This document shows, one piece after another, positions 37,066 through 38,524 of a stretch of DNA of 38,524 bases. The stretch spans positions 1 to 38,524 of the forward strand of contig CAYTAB010000003.1 in assembly GCA_964435825.1 (NCBI GenBank), in the 5' to 3' direction. The notes beneath the pieces were generated by a model that saw nothing but the letters and a program-made list of their open reading frames with translations, had not been told where the DNA came from and searched no databases. Origin of the DNA: Candidatus Woesearchaeota archaeon (GTDB lineage: Archaea > Nanobdellota > Nanobdellia > UBA10117 > JABICX01). The first letter of the stretch is position 1. Every line of letters starts with the position of its first letter. Both the position numbers and the translations under genes were made by a program.

Positions 37066-38524
37066 ATGAAATTCTTAAAAGAAAAGCTGAATTTACGTAT
37101 ATATCAACAAACAATACTAAACACTGCACTAAAACACAATACCTTATGTGTTATTCCAACAGGTCTTGGAAAAACATTTATAGCAATTGCATTAATTGGT
37201 TTATTGTTAAAAGAAAACCAAAAGGCATTATTCTTAGCTCCAACAAAACCTTTGGTAAACCAGCACCTAATGACTTTTAAAGAATTTTTTCAAGCAGAAA
37301 AAGATGAAATTGTTGCAGTCTCAGGAGCAACACCTTCAAAAAAGAGAAAAGAAATTTATGAAAAAGCAAAAATAATTTTTGCAACACCTCAAACAATTCA
37401 AAATGATATTTTTTCAAAAAAAATACAAAAAAAAGATTATTCAATTATTGTTTTTGATGAAGCTCATAAAGCAACAGGAGACTATGCATATGTTTTCATT
37501 GCAAAAAAACTATATCATAAAAACCTGCGAATTCTAGCATTAACTGCATCTCCAGGACATGAACTTGAAAAAATAAATGAAATAACTTCAAATTTATTTA
37601 TTGAAAAAATTGAGAAGAGAAGTAAAGCAGATTCTGAAGTTAAAGATTATGTAAAAGACATAAAAATTGAATCGCGCATAATTGAATTGCCAAAACAAAT
37701 GAAATCAATAAAAAAACATCTTGAAATCGCAATGAAAGAAAAATTAATTCAATTAAAAGAACTAAAAATAATAAACAGCACAAAAATCTCACAATTTAAT
37801 AAAAAAAATATCCTAAAACTCCAACACTCACTCAGAGCTCAATTAAACCAAGGAGATTTTGATATAATGAGAGGGCTTTCAATTTCTGCAGAACTATTTA
37901 AAATATCTCATGCACTTGGATTGCTTGAATCTGAATCACTAAATGCATTAAAAGAATATATGCAGGAAATCTGGAAAAAATCAAAATCAACAAAAACAAA
38001 AGCAATTAAAAACCTTGTTCAAAACTTTCATTTTAGAGCAGCATATAGTTTAACTCAAAATGCAATTGAAAATGGGATTGAACATCCAAAAATAAAAGAA
38101 CTTAAAAAAATAATTGAAAAAGAAACAAAACACAATCCTGGCGCTAAAATCCTCATATTTACAGAATTTAGAAACAATATTGAAAAAATAGAAAAAGAAT
38201 TATCATCTTTTAAAGTTGAAAAATTTATAGGTCAATCAGCAAAAACCAGCAAAGGAATGAGCCAAAAAAAACAAATTGAAGCAATTCAAAAACTAAAAGA
38301 TGGTAGAACAAACATTTTAATCTGCACATCTGTTGCAGAAGAAGGATTAGATATCCCAAAAGTAGATTTAATTATATTTTACTCGCCAGTTCCATCAGCA
38401 ATTCGCTCAATACAGAGAAAAGGCCGAACAGGAAGACAGGAAATTGGTAAAGTAATTTTGTTGCTTGCAAAAGATACGCGAGACTCAATTTATTATTGGA
38501 TTTCAAAAAATCGGGAAAGACAAA
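37066..38524 (+). CDS. hef: Hef/FANCM-type SF2 helicase (N-terminal helicase part; 3'-truncated by window edge)
   Basis: Not in the track because it is edge-truncated. Manual translation from the ATG at 37066 stays open to the window end: PTGLGKT (motif I), FDEAHKATGDYAY (DEAH), LTASPG (III), an inserted helical domain, TSVAEEGLDIP (V), QRKGRTGR (VI). Confidence 0.88.
   Translation, partial: MKFLKEKLNLRIYQQTILNTALKHNTLCVIPTGLGKTFIAIALIGLLLKENQKALFLAPTKPLVNQHLMTFKEFFQAEKDEIVAVSGATPSKKRKEIYEKAKIIFATPQTIQNDIFSKKIQKKDYSIIVFDEAHKATGDYAYVFIAKKLYHKNLRILALTASPGHELEKINEITSNLFIEKIEKRSKADSEVKDYVKDIKIESRIIELPKQMKSIKKHLEIAMKEKLIQLKELKIINSTKISQFNKKNILKLQHSLRAQLNQGDFDIMRGLSISAELFKISHALGLLESESLNALKEYMQEIWKKSKSTKTKAIKNLVQNFHFRAAYSLTQNAIENGIEHPKIKELKKIIEKETKHNPGAKILIFTEFRNNIEKIEKELSSFKVEKFIGQSAKTSKGMSQKKQIEAIQKLKDGRTNILICTSVAEEGLDIPKVDLIIFYSPVPSAIRSIQRKGRTGRQEIGKVILLLAKDTRDSIYYWISKNRERQ

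Overview
AT-rich (roughly 30% G+C by eye) archaeal chromosomal segment. The gene content is family-B DNA polymerase, RadB, membrane LonB, Cdc48/VCP, Hef helicase, type-2 MetAP, a histone-fold protein, a type IA topoisomerase, SerRS and RtcA. The layout is very compact, with ATGA start/stop overlaps at 16257-16260 and 19743-19746 and convergent stop overlaps at 23294/23295 and 25671-25674. Together these suggest a small-genome archaeon, plausibly DPANN-like (inference only). One third of the window (986-13975, minus strand) is a single uninterrupted ORF for a 4,329-aa mosaic surface protein with a signal peptide and many internally duplicated beta-sandwich or jelly-roll modules. A small 2-TM protein gene lies upstream of it. 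Downstream is an edge-truncated ORF (1-828, minus strand) that the supplied track omits; it is a paralog of an N-terminal module of the giant protein. Main leads: (1) the giant-protein cassette; (2) an unclassified ~140-nt GC-rich multi-hairpin RNA candidate at 32823-32965, lying between an AbrB-like micro-ORF and a DHH phosphoesterase gene; (3) a histone-fold gene translationally coupled to polB. The ORF track uses TTG/GTG as Met, so I moved several starts to internal ATGs (RtcA, TopA, DHH, TraB, DUF457-like, AbrB-like). I saw no CRISPR array, rRNA, canonical tRNA, transposase or integrase. All family assignments come from motif recognition by eye, not from searches.
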